This document shows positions 1 through 15,832 of a DNA stretch of 64,000 bases, piece after piece. The translations under genes were made by a program, and so were the position numbers. A model generated the notes under the pieces. That model was given only the letters and a program-made list of their open reading frames with translations. It was not told where the DNA came from and ran no database searches. The stretch is from Eledone cirrhosa (taxonomy: Eukaryota): assembly GCA_964016885.1 (NCBI GenBank), contig OZ024742.1, forward strand, positions 324,508,001-324,572,000, written 5' to 3'. How positions within the stretch are numbered: position 1 is the first letter of the stretch; every line of letters begins with the position of its first letter.

Positions 1-838
1 TATCATATCTATCTACCTACCTATCTATCTATATTACTATCTATCTATTTATCTTTCTCTCATTACACACATATATATATATATATCGTAATGCAGACGC
101 TGTCGGCATTGGCCAAACCGGACGTTGATTGGCGCACAGATCTGCCGATCATCTTTAGGACATACGGCTCGGCAACATGTCTCCGGTCGCCCGACATTTC
201 CGCTCCACCGGGCACTCCGCACACCATTTCACAGTTTTCGATCTCGTAACCTGAAGCGTAGCCCCAGACTCATGATACAGGAGGGAACAGCACCATATTT
301 TCTCTTTCTGAAACTTTACCTCCAACGGCCTATATATACTGCTCCTTTTCCTTTATCAGCTCTTACACCACATCCACGCCCTCTCCGCTCGCACATGAAC
401 TATCACCTTGTACAATATAACAATTTTCACCAACACAACCACTCAGACACGCACATAGATACACTAACAAACATACATTTATAAACGCAAACTAACAAGA
501 CTAATAAATTATACTAACATGTCCAACTAAGTATACTAATACGACCAATTAATTATACTGGCATACAAATGAACTAAACTAACAAGACTAAATAATGAAA
601 CTAACACTAATAATCAATTAAACGCAACTAATTAATTCAACTAACACAATTTATCAATTAAAGTAACATGGTTAATTTATTAAACTAACGCCATTAATCA
701 GTTAAACTAACGCGCTTAATGAATTGAAATATTAACTCGACATTCCATGAGAATATCTTGGTCAGTTTATGAACTTTTCAGCCAACCCTCCTACAATTAT
801 GCGTCATAGCAAACGCATTTTATTAATCTTGCATTTTT

Positions 839-1000
839 CGACGAGCTTCCACACAGATTGCGTCTATCCAATTTCCCTCACAAATATTGGATCGACCCAA
901 TGATATGGTAAAGACACTTACTCAAGATTTCACGCATTCGAATCGAACACAGAATCTTAGGATAGCAAAGCGGTCTTCTTAACCACTTAGCCATGCATGC
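839..1000 (-). mobile_element. tRNA-derived SINE (family 1), degraded
   Basis: Minus strand reads GCATGGCTAAGTGGTTAAGAAG (A-box-like)...GTTCGATTC (B-box-like)...TTGAGTAAGTGTCTT...; homologous to 2144-2290 and 45085-45204. Confidence 0.7.
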
Positions 1001-2143
1001 ATCCATATATATTAATTTATACACTATTATAATTACAAAATTGTTGTAATTATTAGGTTTTCGATCCATTTGCTTAACTTTTCGATAAAAATCTATATTA
1101 GTTCAGAAAAAAATTGAAATAACTTTATTCAATATTTAATATCGTTTTTGTTACTCCCCTCTCTATGACACACACACATATATGTATATATAATTAACTT
1201 GCTAATGCTCCATACATTAAATATATTAACACTAACTTAATTATTGTTTTTCGTGTGAATGGCGAACTGACTTTATTTGATTTCTAGACAATTAATTTTC
1301 TCACTCTTTCACATATGAAATCTTCCTAAATCAATTCACCACTATTTCAGCTAGAATAACAATACGACTAAAGTATGTACGGTGTTTTCTCTAGTGTGTA
1401 TTGGAAGAATTAAAAAAAATATCAGGTACTACAGGACGAAGCATAATGGTTAGTGAAAGGCATGAGGGTTAGACACAACATGGGGAATGAACAGAGGAAG
1501 AAATGAATGAGTGGGAGGTGCCAGACTGGAGGTGATATGAGTTCAGTAAGCTACAAGTAGCAGAGACCATTGCAGTAACGGTAGAAGAGGTAGAGGGAGA
1601 GGACTGTCCATCTGTGTTTAAAACTATTATTAGCGTATATAAAGTTAATCGTGTCTAAATTAGTCATTCAATTTATTTTCCATTACTTTCTTATCTTAGA
1701 TGCATTTTGCAGTGATACTTTATGCAGTGGCAACCTGGTGAAACCAGTGAGAAACCCAAACATCGTTGCCCGACAAGCTGAGGATCGCAAGCTGATAAGA
1801 ATTACCAGCTGCTATACAATACGTTTTTTATCGTGGACCTGTAGCAGTGGAAACATCTGGCGACCTGGGCTCTCAAACCTTATATCCTTACTCAGCTCGA
1901 TTGGGATGACGAGAGCTACCCGAAATAGGTTATTTTGTAAGATGGATAAGCTCTTTCAGTACATCTTCTTTACACTCAGGATACGTTATTGTTATTTTCG
2001 TCATGGCATGCTGTGATTTTCTGTGTTTATTGTATTAAAAGAATAAGGTATTTCCCTTACACTTAAAGCCAAAATAATTACCCCTAACAAACATTTTAAT
2101 TGTCCTTGCATTAAATACTTTAACACTAACTTACTTGGTGTAT

Positions 2144-2290
2144 GGACGTAGGCATGGTTGAGTGGTTAACACGTTTGCTTCGCAATTGTGAAGTCACACG
2201 TTGATGCAATTGCGTGGCCTCATGAGCAAGAATCTTTACTTTAACCTCGTGTCGATATCAGCCTTATAAGGGAAATTGGGTAAAAACATC
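2144..2290 (+). mobile_element. tRNA-derived SINE (family 1), degraded
   Basis: GGCATGGTTGAGTGGTTAA head followed by TGCGTGGCCTCATGAGCAAG core; similar to the 839-1000 copy. Confidence 0.6.
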
Positions 2291-2689
2291 GGATGGATGG
2301 TTGGTACCTGTAATTCAAAGGTCAAGCTTTAAAAATTATGTTCACGTGTTTGTGAATAATCAACCACTTGCTCAATTGAATTTTCATCGTCGAAATTTCG
2401 GAAAGACACATCATCATTTTATCTATACTGAGTCCAATTTAGTATAACTGAAAACTTCGTTTGACTGATCATAGGGAAACACTATTCTGGCTACTGCAAG
2501 CTCAGACAATAGGGCTTGGTTACTATGTTGGTAAAGAAAGGTAAATGTCTCTTAGCTTATGATGGACTCGTACTGGTACTGCCATGACAAACGGCGTATC
2601 TTGTGCATTTTAAACCCAACCGTGCCCATTCCTTATTCACTCGATATCTTGTAGAGCAGATGAGTGCGAGAGATAGAGGAAGTACCGAA

Positions 2690-2820
2690 CCCAGTACTGG
2701 TATTTCATTTATCGACCTCGAAATGTTGAGGAGCAAAGCTAGCCTCGGTGGGATTTAAACTCGATGCACAGTGAGCCGAGACATTATTAATGCAACACCC
2801 TAACGGCTCTGTTGATTCAA
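2690..2820 (-). mobile_element. tRNA-derived SINE (family 2), degraded
   Basis: CCCAGTACTGGTATTTCATTTATCGACCTCGAAA...CTCGGTGGGATTTAAACTC matches the copies at 21938, 28369, 41025 and 43570. Confidence 0.65.
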
Positions 2821-3705
2821 CACCTTTCTATGTATTAGGTGGTAGAATAGGATTTAATCTTTTGATAAATACAAACCTAAATAAGTCTCATTAGCGAAAC
2901 AATGAATGAGTCACTTGCTCTTATAGGAGCCAATTACCCCCCCCCCCCCCTCACACACACACACACCACCACCTACCTTCTACTGTCTGGAAACAGGTAG
3001 GAAGCATATGCAATATATATACTTTTCTTCTAATAGATATGATGACTGAAGAATAGACATGATCATCACAACTCGATCGGCTTTCATCATAAATAAGTTG
3101 ACACAGGGAACAACTGGTTCCAAGTTGAAACAGAGAACAACAACAACAACAACTACAACAGCAACAAGAGCAAGAACAGTAAAACAACAATCACAACCAC
3201 AATAACAACGACATAAATAGCAACAGTAAAGTCGACGAAGAAAACAACAATGCCGACGAAGGCAAAAACAATACTGGCAGTAGCAATAACAGTATATAAA
3301 TGGCGGCTTTGTGCAAACATCTAAAACGTTATGATACACTGCTATGCATGGTCAAAGAACGTAACAATAGAGTTTATTATACTCTATAACTACTTAAAAC
3401 CATGAGAAAAACCAACAGCCGCGAATTTAATCAAAACAAACTGAATGACATTACACATAATAGCTGCATGTAAAATAAACGTTTAGGTGTCAACAAACAA
3501 AAGGGCGTGTATATGTGTGTTACTGTGTAGGTTTGTTATATTAGTGTTTATGCGTGTGTATGAATGTATATATGAATGAGTGTGCATTATTTATTATCTA
3601 ACATCATAGTGCGCTCAATGAAAATGTTAATCGGTTGTCTGGTGCAATGTGTTAAAATGTTTAATGGGGCGTAAATTTGTTATGGCACAGTATATATATA
3701 TATAA

Positions 3706-3832
3706 AACAAAGGAAGTGTGGTAAGTAACCAGATGGACCATAATGCACCAAAGTAAACGATACTGGGTAGTAGAGTGGGTAATAGGAAAAGAGTCAGGAC
3801 CCCGAGGGCTGAGCTCCGGCTGTTTCGACAGC
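3706..3832 (-). repeat. Family B short insert in (TA)n, single arm
   Basis: AAGGAAGTGTGGTAAG...GGACCATAA...GTAGTAGAGTGGGTAATAGGAA...GAGCTC...GTTTCGAC is shared with 30551, 46017, 46229, 52287 and 53424; TA repeats on both sides. Confidence 0.75.
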
Positions 3833-3899
3833 ATATATATATGCATGCGCGCACAAACGCAATCACACATATATGAATATGTTTATATATGGATATTTG

Positions 3900-3944
<45 letters not shown>

Positions 3945-3947
<3 letters not shown>

Positions 3948-4190
3948 TCTCCAACAGACCAGTGTCTGTCCTTAGGGCATCAACATACGTTAACCTTGGT
4001 CTTCCTCTTCTAGTGTGTCTATGTAGGGGCTCCCAAAGGAGCACTGAGTGCAATGTCAACTCTGGATGTCGGTGAGCATGTCCAGCTAACCTCAGTCTAC
4101 TCTGTGTCACTTTTGAGCTGACTTTTGGGATGCGATAATGATGGACAGAGACCGCTGGAGAGAAGTCGTCCATGGATCTCGGGAATTTTA
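3945..4190 (-). mobile_element. RTE-like LINE 3' fragment
   Basis: Translation SRLRLAGHAHRHPELTLHSVLLWEPLHRHTRRGRPRLTYVDAL resembles the RTE-clade C-terminus (L.W.P...R.RGRP..TY); ends at (TA)n. Confidence 0.7.
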
Positions 4191-4211
4191 CCCGCCTTAG
4201 ATAGAGATAGA

Positions 4212-5963
4212 TATATATTTATAACTATAAAGCTCAGTGTATGGTCATGTTTCTTTGTTATAGAAATCTACGATATAGAATTTCTTCAATTGAATTTTAC
4301 AATTCAGTATTCGAAATAGCTTCGATTGGGTCATGGCACATATATTTTTTTCAATTTCACCCACAATTGCGCAAAAAATCGATAAAACTCAAAATTTTCC
4401 AAATCTCTCCCTCATTTCAACTGCTAAACTCTTTCCATTACCCTTCAAAATCTATACAACTTCATACTTTCTGCTACTTTCTCTTTCCAAGCTGAAACAA
4501 CTATTCTTTTCATTTTACATTGTTCATGTTGATGGTGATACTGTCCGTTTTACTCTCTCACTCATACAATTTACAGACTAAACAACAAAAAAATTAGCCA
4601 CATTAACGTACAATTTCGTTTATTCTAAATGTGAGTCTTCAAACTGATTTATTTAACTCCTGACCCAGAGGACGTCATCAACTATCCAATAGAGGTACTC
4701 AATTCCTTTGAGCCCCCTGGACTACCACCACACATTCTCAAACTTAAAGTTGGTGCCCCTATAATGCTCATTAGAAATTTGGTTTCCCCGAAACAATGCA
4801 ATGGCACACGTTTGATCGTTAAGTCCTTATCTCCTAATCTGATTGAGGCCACGATTATCACAGGGTGCGGTCGAAGCAACGTTGTGCTCATACCTAGGAT
4901 GCATCTTTTCCCATCAGGAGCAGACCTACCTTTCACATTTCTGAGGTCCCAGTTCCCAATAAGGCCATGTTTCGCTATGTCAATTAACAAAGTGCAGGGT
5001 CAAACACTGTCTGTGGCGGGAATACATTTGGGGGAGCGATGTTTCTCTCATGGTCAGCTTTACGTTGGCTGCTCGCGTGTCGGCAGCAACAGTGATGCTT
5101 TCGCGTTCGTTCCACAACGAAAAACGAAAAACATTGTGTACAAGAAGGTTTTATAGGATTACTACGCTTCATCATTTTGGAACAACACGTTAGTATTTCA
5201 CTTACATACGACTCTCTTTTATGATGGCATTTACATTTTTAGGCATTTCCTGAAATTACTTCACACTTAACCAACACCTGTCCTCCGCTCACCTCTATTT
5301 CCATCCATTCGTCATCAAACCAGCAGCCTCATCTTCTATATCCAACGTAGATGAGACATCTACACTCTCACTATTAAAGTTTACATCAGCGACAACACGA
5401 TCGCAACATACACTTTCAGAACTAAGCAACAGATCATTTTATACAACAACAAATTTACTCATAACGCCGATCAATGAAAACATCTCCACCACAGACGTGT
5501 TGTGATTCATCTATTCAGCACCACTACAGTCTTGCCGGTCTGACATATGGTGAGTAGATGCTATTGTTCTAGATTTTATATATTACCCGTATTTACTTAC
5601 CCATACTTAATTCCCCTCTTGCCTACATAGGGCAACGGTTCTCTTTTAACACACCATGAAGTTTGTAACAGCACATCCGCTGCCGTTCGTGGAAAACGAA
5701 GAGGCCCTATTCATCTGCGAACGTTTTACACCCCCTTCCACGACTATCAAATTCTTACAATTATGAGAACAATAACATGGCCCTTTCAAGGCAACCTCAC
5801 ATTCAATTCTTACACCATTCTACGAGGCTTTCTATACACTTACAAATAGATTCATTCGGCGTAAACTTATATCAATCTTTGCCTGAATAATCATAATTCA
5901 GTGCAATCATTAACAGTACTTTCAAGCAATTCAGCCCCGAGCAACGCCGGGCACTTCTGCTAG
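4212..5963 (+). mobile_element. Helitron 1, non-autonomous, with PIF1 helicase C-terminal fragment
   Basis: Helicase motifs at ~4660-5156; 3' hairpin CCCGAGCAACGCCGGG followed by CTAG|T at 5960-5964; 5' end approximate. Confidence 0.8.
4660..5156 (+). pseudogene. Helitron PIF1-family helicase, C-terminal fragment
   Basis: YPIEVLNSFEPPGLPPHILKLKVGAPIMLIRNL...CNGTRL...RSQFPIRPCFAMSINKVQGQTL...FSHGQLYVGCSRV. Confidence 0.9.
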
Positions 5964-6280
5964 TATATTTATATAAGTATACATACAGATAGACATATTT
6001 TGTTTTTATCTTAGTGTTAACTGCAGCACAAAACATCCACCGACAAAAGTATCAATGGACAACAGAAAGCCTTAAACAAAGGCTTAATCTACATTATCGA
6101 TCTCCACATCCTCTCCCTCTCCTTCCACTTTCTCTCTACCTCCTCACCCTCTTACTGACACATCTTCAACTTCTCTCCCGACCTTCTTATTATCATGATC
6201 ATCATGATGACGTCATCATTTCGATTATAATGATAATCCCCTTCAGTATTTTACAATCCTCGCGATCCGCATCACCATTT

Positions 6281-6343
<63 letters not shown>
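6281..6343. repeat. (ATC)n microsatellite
   Basis: Perfect ATC run. Confidence 0.95.
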
Positions 6344-6344
<1 letters not shown>

Positions 6345-6449
6345 ATGCATGATATAGAGAGCATAGTTAATCACAAGAGCGTCAACGATAAGATATATAT
6401 AGTGCGGGAAGCGACACACGCAGCAGATAAACTGGGCAACTCAAATATA

Positions 6450-7330
6450 CTATACACTCAGAGAACGTGACGCCGCCTGTGAGACGTGGGACCGGCTGGG
6501 ACTTAGCCCAGTAGACGTCCCTCCTTCTCCCCCTGTTGACGTCAAGTCCCCCCAACGCACTTGGGATGCCATCCAGTGCAGCCTGGCCTCAGACAGGCTC
6601 ACGCGCCAGCTCGACCACCACCGCCTTGCTTGTTTTCGTGCGGCCTCCAAACCCCCACAGTGGTGCCTGGCTCCATGCTCTGCCCTCCTTCTCCACTGGC
6701 ACGCAGCTAGACAACCATAGCCTGCGAATCGGCGTTTCCCTGAGGTCGGCCTCCGGATCTGCCAGCCACACCAATGTCGCTGCGGTTCCACCGTGGACTC
6801 TTTCGGCCTCCACCCGCTTTCCTGTCGCCACAGTGCCGGCCGCATTCCACGCCATACTGCCCTCAACGAAGTCATTAAGCATGGCTTGGACGCTGTAGAC
6901 TTCCCTTCCCAGCTCGAGCCGGTGGGGCTGGATCGAGGGGACGGCAAAAGGCCAGATGGCATGACCATCTTCCCGTTCCGCGGTGGCAAACCGCTCGTCC
7001 GGGATGCCACTTGCACCGACACTTTCTGCAGCCGCAACCTGGTGCAGTCTGCACGTCGGGCTGAGGGGGCCAATCTCCTCATATACCGGTCGCTCTCCGA
7101 CAGGTTTGCGGTCGTTCCCCTGGCAGTGGAAACTTCTGGTGTCCTCGGCCCCAGGGCTACCTCCTTACTCACCACCATAGGCGCTGAGCTGGCCAGCCGT
7201 AGGTGTGAGCCCCGCGAGTTGGAGTGGCTTTTCCAGCGCGTCTCCCTTGCCGTCCTCCGGGGAAACGCCTTCTCCATTCTGTCCGCCGGGGCTGTGGGTG
7301 GTCCCCATATCGTACCATTACATTAGTTAA
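6450..7330 (+). mobile_element. CRE-like non-LTR retrotransposon 3' fragment (zinc knuckle + restriction-like endonuclease)
   Basis: GC-rich island; SGAWLHALP, CRCGSTVDSFGLHPLSC, RHTALNEVI, EPVGLDRGDGKRPDGMT, VPLAVETSG, FQRVSLAVLRGNA; frameshifted. Confidence 0.8.
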
Positions 7331-7544
7331 ATACCATTCTTTCATCTCATATATGTAAACTACCACAATAACGTCATGTATTATTGTATGGTAACGTATG
7401 AAAGACTGAACTTTACATGAAATAACAGGGAAATATTAAAATCTCTGTAAGATCAATACGACATAATTATATAATATAGTTGGGAGAGTTGATAGAACGT
7501 TAGACATTTATTTCGGTTTTCTGCTCTCTGAGTTCAAATGGAGT

Positions 7545-8705
7545 CTCGCAGTCTAAATATGTTAGTAGAAAACACTTCACTCAAATGGGACTGTCCTCGC
7601 AATTTCATGATCGGAAACCTCACTGGGGCTGTTCAAATAACGAAATCTAAGGCAGTGAACTGATATAACATGGGCTAATCCAAATATATTGAACAACTTA
7701 ATACAATGCAATGAAAATGGACTTTATAAGCCAAATTGGTGAGAGCAACTAGCATATTACTATGTTATTAGATCTACCCAGTGAAGCATATATATTGAAC
7801 AAATGGATTAGTTAAGAACACCCAAATAAATATAGAAAATGGGATTTGCACTATTTGTTGAGGAGAAATCAGAATTGACATAAACAAAAACAAATTAGAA
7901 TAAAGCAAAATAACCTTGGTGGAGACCGTACATTGAAAATGACTTAATGCGGTTAAGGCAAGATTTAAGGAAAATTGTGCAATGGGTTAGAGGAAAATGA
8001 AAAAAAGCAAAATAGATTGATCCAGAGACACTAGATAAGAAATACAAAATAGGGAAGAATGGATTCTATACAGTTAAAACAGAGGGTTTTGTCGAAAGGT
8101 TAGAAGTAAAGAAGATATGTGAACAGAAATAAGAAGTTCAAGGAAAATAGAATGTTCCAGAATAATCGAAAACTATTCTTCTGTACTTTATAAGAAGACA
8201 ATAGGAAGGATGCTGTTCCTACTGCTGACCAGGCCAAGGAGATCTGGAGAGGAGATATGTGGAAACACTGTGATGCATAGAAGGGATGCCGCATGGATAG
8301 AAACTATCAAGACAGAATTACGAGGAGGAAAAAAACAAAGAGAAATTATCTTAAGCATAATTGATGTGAAAGATCAAATGACAAAGGAACGAAATTGGAA
8401 AACACCCGGTCCAGAAGAAAGCTGTTTGAAATTGTGGACACCCTATGTCCCTTTATCTGCTAACCTAATGAAAAGCTTATCTAAATACAATCTAGATGGC
8501 TCTATGCAATTGGCCTAGGTCAACACTGGCACAACTGGGAAATCTGGTCGCTACTTGTCAGACAATTGGGACTGCCTGAAGTCCCCTGTTAACAGTAAAT
8601 GGCGAGACGTACCGGGATAGCTTCTAGACGCCTGCAGAAACCCAACCATCTGATACTAATAATAGTATCTACAGATACTAATAATAGTATCTATTGAGAC
8701 TAATA
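7545..8705 (+). mobile_element. Decayed R4/Dong-like non-LTR fragment
   Basis: RRYVNRNKKFKENRMFQNNRKLFF and NWKTPG motifs, interrupted by stops; TAATAA-rich tail near 8655-8710. Confidence 0.5.
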
Positions 8706-9119
8706 ATAAATGTTACTACTTTTTGGCACAAGGCCAGCAATTTAGGAAAAAGACATGTCGGTGAAAGGCCAAGTTGACCTCTTCGGCATTTTAAAGGAAG
8801 ACATAGAGGGTCGTAAAGAAATACTGCAATGCATCTCATGCGAAGCATTAACGATTAATTATATCAAAGAAAAGAAAGAAATAGTCACAACGACGACGGC
8901 AGAACGAGATGAAGAAAAAAGAACATCAGAACAGAACGAAGTTCTAACGATGATGCCTGTTATTATTGATAAAATAATTGGCAACAATTCCTTATCAATA
9001 GAATACTTTTATTTACTCTCTTCAATTGAGAGATATTAAAAGAAACGGTAACTTTTAGTAGAACGTATTTAGTATTTATCGTAATTTTTAAAGCATATAT
9101 GAGATGAGTAGATGAATGC

Positions 9120-11790
<2,671 letters not shown>

Positions 11791-12463
11791 GGATATAGGA
11801 AGAGATAGATAAATTGATAGATAGATAGACAGGGATAGAGAAAGAGATAGGTAGAAAGACAACGAGTGAAGGAAAGATGGAAGGATAGAAAGAGAAAACA
11901 TGTAAATCATATATTTCAAATAAATGTGAAAATCTTAGCATAACAGAAATATAAACAAAACAATAAAAAATAAAATAGGAAACGAAAAACTGAAATAAAG
12001 ATTTTAATAAAAAAATTAAATAAAAAAAAAGGACATAAACTTGAAATTAAAGGAAATATTTCTAGAAGGTTTGTTTTTTTAAAAATATTTTTAACCATTA
12101 AATTCTAAAATTTTTCTTACTTTAACTACACCACCAACACCCACCACCACCATCAGCATCAGCACCAGGACCAGCACCACCAATACCATCACCACCATCA
12201 CCACAGTATGACTGACGCTTAAACAATTAAGTTAAAAATGTACATCCACATATGTATACTGAAATATTAGTATGCATATCTTACAAAAGTGAGTTACAAA
12301 CGAAGCGAAATTTAATTTCGTTTCGTTATTTGTTTTTATCGTCTCCGCTGAACCGGTACGTACTCACGCTCTATGCAAATTAGTCTGCCCACTACTAATT
12401 TTCATAGAAAAAGCATATAACGATATGTGCTTTTACGATTCTCTAGAGGGGCGGGAATAGGTA

Positions 12464-12508
12464 AATATTGCTGATGAGATGTAACAACATCGAAACTAGT
12501 CCAATATT
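12464..12508 (+). ncRNA. Type I hammerhead ribozyme, copy 1 of the 463-bp array
   Basis: AATATTG-CTGATGA-GATGT(aaca)ACATC-GAAA-CTAG-TC-CAATATT: 7-bp stem I, 5-bp stem II, palindromic ACTAGT stem III, GUC site at 12499-12501. Confidence 0.93.
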
Positions 12509-12926
12509 CCTGTCTGGCTTTCTGGAGAATAGAGGAAAGGTGTTTCCTCGAAAACCAGTATGACTCTAAAAACCGGTTTGTCTGTGTGTTTACATACAGA
12601 ATAGCTGAACACTCACAGTAAAGTGTCCAGTGAAAAACTCGGTACATCTACATATGTACACGTGTGTGTATTCATATGCATACTAATATTTCAGTATACA
12701 TATGTGGATGTACATTTTTAACTTAATTGTTTAAGCGTCAGTCATACAAAAGTGAGTTACAAACGAAGCGAAATTTAATTTCGTTTCGTTATTTGTTTTT
12801 ATCGTCTCCGCTGAACCGGTACGTACTCACGCTCTATGCAAATTAGTCTGCCCACTACTAATTTTCATAGAAAAAGCATATAACGATATGTGCTTTTACG
12901 ATTCTCTAGAGGGGCGGGAATAGGTA

Positions 12927-12971
12927 AATATTGCTGATGAGATGTAACAACATCGAAACTAGTCCAATATT
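12927..12971 (+). ncRNA. Type I hammerhead ribozyme, copy 2
   Basis: Identical to 12464-12508. Confidence 0.93.
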
Positions 12972-13389
12972 CCTGTCTGGCTTTCTGGAGAATAGAGGAA
13001 AGGTGTTTCCTCGAAAACCAGTATGACTCTAAAAACCGGTTTGTCTGTGTGTTTACATACAGAATAGCTGAACACTCACAGTAAAGTGTCCAGTGAAAAA
13101 CTCGGTACATCTACATATGTACACGTGTGTGTATTCATATGCATACTAATATTTCAGTATACATATGTGGATGTACATTTTTAACTTAATTGTTTAAGCG
13201 TGAGTCATACAAAAGTGAGTTACAAACGAAGCGAAATTTAATTTCGTTTCGTTATTTGTTTTTATCGTCTCCGCTGAACCGGTACGTACTCACGCTCTAT
13301 GCAAATTAGTCTGCCCACTACTAATTTTCATAGAAAAAGCATATAACGATATGTGCTTTTACGATTCTCTAGAGGGGCGGGAATAGGTA

Positions 13390-13434
13390 AATATTGCTGA
13401 TGAGATGTAACAACATCGAAACTAGTCCAATATT
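13390..13434 (+). ncRNA. Type I hammerhead ribozyme, copy 3
   Basis: Identical to 12464-12508. Confidence 0.93.
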
Positions 13435-13852
13435 CCTGTCTGGCTTTCTGGAGAATAGAGGAAAGGTGTTTCCTCGAAAACCAGTATGACTCTAAAAACC
13501 GGTTTGTCTGTGTGTTTACATACAGAATAGCTGAACACTCACAGTAAAGTGTCCAGTGAAAAACTCGGTACATCTACATATGTACACGTGTGTGTATTCA
13601 TATGCATACTAATATTTCAGTATACATATGTGGATGTACATTTTTAACTTAATTGTTTAAGCGTCAGTCATACAAAAGTGAGTTACAAACGAAGCGAAAT
13701 TTAATTTCGTTTCGTTATTTTTTTTTATCGTCTCCGCTGAACCGGTACGTACTCACGCTCTATGCAAATTAGTCTGCCCACTACTAATTTTCATAGAAAA
13801 AGCATATAACGATATGTGCTTTTACGATTCTCTAGAGGGGCGGGAATAGGTA

Positions 13853-13897
13853 AATATTGCTGATGAGATGTAACAACATCGAAACTAGTCCAATATT
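13853..13897 (+). ncRNA. Type I hammerhead ribozyme, copy 4
   Basis: Identical to 12464-12508. Confidence 0.93.
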
Positions 13898-14282
13898 CCT
13901 GTCTGGCTTTCTGGAGAATAGAGGAAAGGTGTTTCCTCGAAAACCAGTATGACTCTAAAAACCGGTTTGTCTGTGTGTATACATACAGAATAGCTGAACA
14001 CTCACAGTAATGTGTCCAGTGAAAAACTCGGTACATCTACACATGTACACGTGTGTGTATTCATATGCATACTAATATTTCAGTATACATATGTGGATGT
14101 ACATTTTTAACTTAATTGTTTAAGCGTCAGTCATACAAAAGTGAGTTACAAACGAAGCGAAATTTAATTTCGTTTCGTTATTTGTTTTTATATATATATA
14201 TTTATATATATAAGTATATATATATATATATGTGTGTGTTTATATATATATATATATATGGGTTTATGCGTTGTGTCTGCAT

Positions 14283-14407
<125 letters not shown>

Positions 14408-15278
14408 CATATATATATACATATATATATGTATATATATACATATATCATTATCTATAAAAGGCAGATTTTTGTGTCTGTATGTATGTTTCAATTTTAT
14501 ACATTTACACAATTCCAAAAATATTGAATGAATAATTAAGCAGATTGTTTACAAATATTCTAACTTGGGTCATGGGCGAACTTATTGGGTAAAAAATTCC
14601 ACAATTACGGAAAAATCGATTTATTTCAACAATCGATGATTTCTCCTCTCTCATATGATATACATTTCCTTTATCTACTCCCTTCATCACCTCCCCTTAA
14701 AATTGCTACTTTCTCTTATAAGTGTTTGTGAAAAAGAGAAACATTGAAAAAAAACATATACACACATATATGTGGGTGCATACACACACATATATGTTGG
14801 TATGGTTACGATTGACGTCATAGAAACAGGAACGCGGGAATTACAATCAATCAACGCATACACAGTTTGTTTTAGAAATAACAATAGCATATAATGATAA
14901 AGAGGGATATAATGATAAAGAGGGAGAGAGAAACAAACAGACACACTAAAAGACGGATATATGTGTGTGTGTTTGTATATACACGTTCAAACTCCATTTC
15001 AAAGCTGACTTTCATTTACTAAACTGTAAGTTTTTCAATCGGCCTTACACTTTCAAACTATATTTTTCTGTATAAGTAACTTTAACCCTTTATTTTCGAC
15101 ATAAAAATACACACATACATACAAAGACGTGTAAAGTTTTTTTTTGGGCCTTTCTTATCAATCTTTTTACATTCAATTATCAGCCTTATACTTTCAAAGT
15201 CAATTTTTATGTTGAACTAACTTTCAACCTTTAATACATACATACATACATACATACATACATACATACATACATACA

Positions 15279-15310
<32 letters not shown>

Positions 15311-15832
15311 CACACATACATACAAATACCTGTCACTTAATTTACACACACATCGGCCTTACACTTTCATACACACATACATACATATACACACATACAT
15401 ACAAATACCTGTCACTTAATTTACACACACATCGGCCTTACACTTTCATACACACATACATACATATACACACATACATACAAATACCTGTCACTTAATT
15501 TACACACACATCGGCCTTACACTTTCAAACTAAATTTTTCTGTAGAACTAACTTTAACCCTTTCTTTTCGACATAAAAATACACACATACATACAAATAC
15601 CTGTAAATTTTTTGGGGGCCTTTCTTATCAATCTTTTTACATTCAATTATCAGCCTTATACTTTCAAAGTCAATTTTTATGTTGAAGTAACTTTCACCCT
15701 TTATTTTTCGATACCCATTTACTTACTAACATTTGTATCACAACAACAATAACAATATTCATAAACAGACAGTAGACTTTCAAAGTCAATTTTTCTGTAG
15801 AAGTAACTTTCACCCTTTCTTTTGGACATAAA

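Larger units (their letters stand above)
12206..14190 (+). mobile_element. Tandem array of 463-bp hammerhead-containing units (~4.1 copies) with a 74-bp inverted 5' segment; retrozyme-like
   Basis: Near-identical 463-bp period from ~12282; 12206-12279 is the reverse complement of part of the unit; 3' end runs into (TA)n. Confidence 0.92.

Noticed and set aside
86-480. GC-richer block with a TATA-like motif, possibly an LTR fragment
   Set aside because: No second copy, TG...CA ends, primer-binding site or coding homology visible.
12402-14036. Four-fold repeated 81-aa minus-strand ORF, and the idea of a CRISPR-like array
   Set aside because: The ORF has no recognisable domain and is antisense to the hammerhead; units are identical with no variable spacers, and the DNA is eukaryotic.
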